The notes beneath the pieces were generated by a model. It had not been told where the DNA came from, did not search any database, and saw nothing but the letters and a program-made list of their open reading frames with translations. Positions 61,064 through 64,000 of a stretch of DNA of 64,000 bases are shown piece after piece. The position numbers were made by a program, and so were the translations under genes. The stretch is from Azolla caroliniana. Taxonomy: Eukaryota > Plantae > Polypodiophyta. Position 1 is the first letter of the stretch. Every line of letters starts with the position of its first letter. Location: NCBI GenBank assembly GCA_043228905.1, contig JBHGNT010000001.1, positions 18,910,001-18,974,000 on the forward strand. Reading direction: 5' to 3'.

Positions 61064-64000
61064 ATGTCTTCCAAGAGAGTCGAGCGCGAGGAGTCCAGGT
61101 AGGCCTCTGACACTGTGGACATTTTTGTAAATATGTTTCGTTTCCCAAGAACTCGATACGGCGTATCGAGTTCATGTATACAATACAAATATTTATACAC
61201 GAACTCGATACGGCGTATCGAGTTCGTGTGTAAATATTTGTATTGTATACATGAACTCGATACGCCGTATCGAGTTCGTGTTTAAAGTGTAGGTTTTAAA
61301 CACGAACTCGATACGCCGTATCGAGTTCGTGTTTAAAGTATAGGTTTTAAATACGAACTCGATACGCCGTATCGAGTTCGTGTTTAAAACTTACCTTTTA
61401 AACACGAACTCGATACGGCGTATCGAGTTCGTGTTTAAAACCTATACTTTAAACACGAACTCGATACGCCGTATCGAGTTCGTGTTTAAAATTCAAACTT
61501 TAAACACGAACTCGATACGCCGTATCGAGTTCGTGTTTAAAACCTATACTTTAAACACGAACTCGATACGCCGTATCGAGTTCGTGTTTAAAGTGTAGCC
61601 TTTGAGAGAGAAAAATCGTTTACGGGGTGGAAATGTTATCAAATTGTCTGTCAAAATCAGTCTTTTTATGTTGAGTTTACTTACTTCTAAACAAATACAT
61701 GCTCTAATTATAGGTGTTTTTTGACCTACTTTAGCTTAAAATAGTAGAAAATGATCTACAAATTGCATTCACTATGGCAAATTCTCATCAATATAGGTTT
61801 AGAATCTATATAAGTCATACCTACTATTTAAAAGAATATATAACCCGTTTTACTTATTACGATATATATTTTCTAGGTTGAATAGCCCTGCCTAGAATAG
61901 ATTTTTGAATATGTTACTGCTCCTAGAAACTGTTCTTCATTATAATAACAACTTCAATCTACGTAACTGTCTAACTTATGTTTTTGCATATACTTTCTTA
62001 AATAGGTCGTTTGAGAATCTGTCAGACCGACCCGTGAAGAAAATTAAGCTTCGCATACAAGGTTCTCCAATCGAAGCCCAGACCAAGGTAACTCCGGAGA
62101 CCATGAAGAGAGGAAAAAAGCTTCTCTTTAACGAAGAGACAAAATCTCAGCCCCATAGTGATGTAAGCCAAAAGAAAATTGTCGCCGCTACTGGAGGCGA
62201 AGACCTTCCTGACCGAGATCTAACGGACAAGGAATGGTGTATGCAATATGTTGACTCAAAGAAAAAAGTCGTATTGTATACAGCAAAGAAGAAGGGTGAG
62301 GGGCAGCTAGGAAAAGAAACTCCATTTATGTATGGCCGAATTCTACGATTTGACTACGAAGATGCAGATTCGGCCAACATACTGGTAATGATAGAGTGCT
62401 CCAAGGGGGTACGCAAAGTGTTCCTTTCAGAAGATCTTTTAGTAAAGGAATCTTGTGGGCCTGAAGTGTTCAAAAAAGCACTTGATAACTCACAAAACCT
62501 GATTGTTACCTTGAGGCCTTATATACAAGGCCATGTAACTCTACGAGATGAAGAGCCCTCCCACTTGAAGGCCACTAAAAAGGTATCCAAAGTCCAGTCA
62601 AGACCAGCCAAGAAGAAGACAACGAAAATGTCGGATACGGATTCGACAAGTGAAAATGAAGAAGAGGATAATAAGGGGACGCCAGGAGCCGAGCTGGCCT
62701 CGGGTGTTTTGTCATCCGAGCAGAATAAAATAAGAAGAGAGTTAATGCAACGGAAGCTGGTCAGGAAAGGGCAAGTATTTAATTTGCCTATAACACACAT
62801 CCATCGGCCCCCTATTGATGAAAAAACAGGTCGAAGACCACTTGAGATTAGAGAGCCTCATCGCATGCATGTTCAAAATCTCAAGAAAAAAATGAAAATT
62901 AATCCTCATGCCACAGTGGTGCCTTTTATTGTTATGGTGGATCCTGAAGAATGTGAAACCATTGAAGATTTTGATATCAGAAAGCATGATCAATATAATT
63001 ATTTTGTCATTGGTGGATCGCATTCAGCAGAGGCACGTCGACAACTTGTAAGAGAACATCCAACCACTTTCTTCTTCAAGTATGCCGAGTGCAAAATATA
63101 TGTTGGGCTCACAACCGAAGAGGCTAAGCTGTTGGCATGGGACCATAATAATGATAATGACTATAGGCAGAAAATGTCGTCTATTGAGCGTATCCGGTTC
63201 TTCCACCACGAGTATTTAGATGTCAAACAAAAGTTTGGTGTGAAGTTACATCCAGGCCTTCGACGTCAATGTCTGCATGAAGTCGGCATTGTGGTAGATG
63301 ATAATGTTAGGTCTGATGGTCTTCGAAAGTATGAATCTTGGTTTCAATTGGCGTTTAGAGATGGAGAAGTATGGAACCTCCAAGATCAAATCTTCTCAAT
63401 GTGGGAGAATAAGGAGGTAAAGGGTCAACGACAAAAGAAATGTAGGGTTGACCCTCAACTAGAATTAAAGTCACAAGCCGCCAAGAAAATTGACTTGACA
63501 ATTGAAGAAGCGGCAGACGACATGAAGCTGTCTCTATGGAGAGCGATGCAAGGTATTAAGGACGAGCAGCTTCTTGTGTCCGTTTTGTCAAGGGTTGTGG
63601 CGAAAGATTTAAGCCTTTAAGAAATGGTCACCGAGTTCAATAAGTAAGTCTTTCAAATACTGAAATTGTAGTCTATCTGGTGTAATTCAAAGTTCTAATC
63701 TTGATTTCTAATTTTACAGTCATAAGGTGTACATGAAGATCCAAGAAGTAATGATGAAACAACTTGGATGTATAACTTGGGAACAAGTGACCGAGGATTA
63801 TCCTCTAACGTCTTCGTATAAGGCGTTATCAGAGTATTTTATTGCATTCAAGGATTGGGTTAGTATTGATATTTTTTCATTACCCTTTCATCATATGTAG
63901 AGGTTGTATAATAATACCTGATGTCCTATTGCTTCTATTAGAAACCGTGTCGAGGCAAGAAACAAGGAGAAGTTAAGGATATACACGATTTCCCTACATC
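61064..64000 (+). pseudogene. Spliced gene for a ParB/Sulfiredoxin-like-domain protein; exons 61064-61098, 62006-63643, 63720-63858, 63942->64000; in-frame TAA at 63618-63620
   Basis: GT..AG introns with matching phases (2, 2, 0) give a continuous frame MSSKRVEREESRSFENL...SL*EMVTEFNNHKVYMK...KDWKPCRGK; CTAAC branch point at 61971. ParB-like segment: IRE..HVQNLKKKM..PFIVMV..YFVIGGSHSAEARRQL..CKIYVGLTTEEAKLLAWDHN. Confidence 0.72.
61149..61598. repeat. Array of nine perfect 25-bp palindromes GAACTCGATACG(G/C)CGTATCGAGTTC, period 51-52 bp
   Basis: Starts at 61149, 61201, 61253, 61304, 61355, 61406, 61457, 61508 and 61559; spacers of 26-27 bp. Confidence 0.98.

Larger units (their letters stand above)
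57113..64000. mobile_element. Putative two-gene DNA transposon (transposase-like gene plus divergent ParB-like gene); right end outside the window
   Basis: Abrupt switch from plastid DNA at a TTAA (57109-57112); divergent gene pair with a shared AT-rich spacer. TIR and TSD cannot be verified here. Confidence 0.6.

Noticed and set aside
61389-61396. Core ACTTACCT equals the U1 snRNA 5' end (antisense of a 5' splice consensus)
   Set aside because: A single 8-mer that the other cores do not share; compatible with chance.
61149-61598. CRISPR array
   Set aside because: The spacers are mostly invariant palindromic arms with only 8 variable, recurring bases; there are no cas genes and the context is a eukaryotic intron.
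61380-61598. 72-aa repetitive ORF (NTNSIRRIEFVFK)n
   Set aside because: A by-product of the 51-bp period; it lies in a predicted intron.
61905-62005. ORF-track N-terminus MNMLLLLETV...
   Set aside because: AT-rich, containing a branch point and acceptor; better explained as the end of intron 1.

Overview
Eukaryotic, repeat-dense nuclear region. It is most likely from a fern or similar non-seed land plant, because the plastid fragments include chlL and psaM and carry pre-editing codons. Bases 1-46.6 kb are decayed, deeply nested LTR retrotransposons: a Ty1/copia host holds a 27-kb Ty3/gypsy insertion, which holds three more gypsy elements, and all four gypsy insertions have readable TSDs. Bases ~46.6-57.1 kb are a scrambled plastid-DNA insertion (rpoC2, psbI-trnS-psaM, chlL, accD, petB, ndhB, atpB, ndhC) interrupted by a copia element. 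The most unusual part is ~57.1-64 kb, a divergent two-gene unit. One gene is a ~926-aa DDD/E-type transposase-like ORF with N-terminal acidic repeats and a BAH-like C-terminus. The other is a spliced gene for a ParB/Srx-like protein. Its first intron holds nine perfect 25-bp palindromes (43-bp when extended) at 51-52-bp spacing, separated by short asymmetric cores in both orientations. The layout recalls a ParB/parS or recombination-site array carried by a plant DNA transposon; that function is a hypothesis. Family assignments come from motif recognition by eye, not from database searches.
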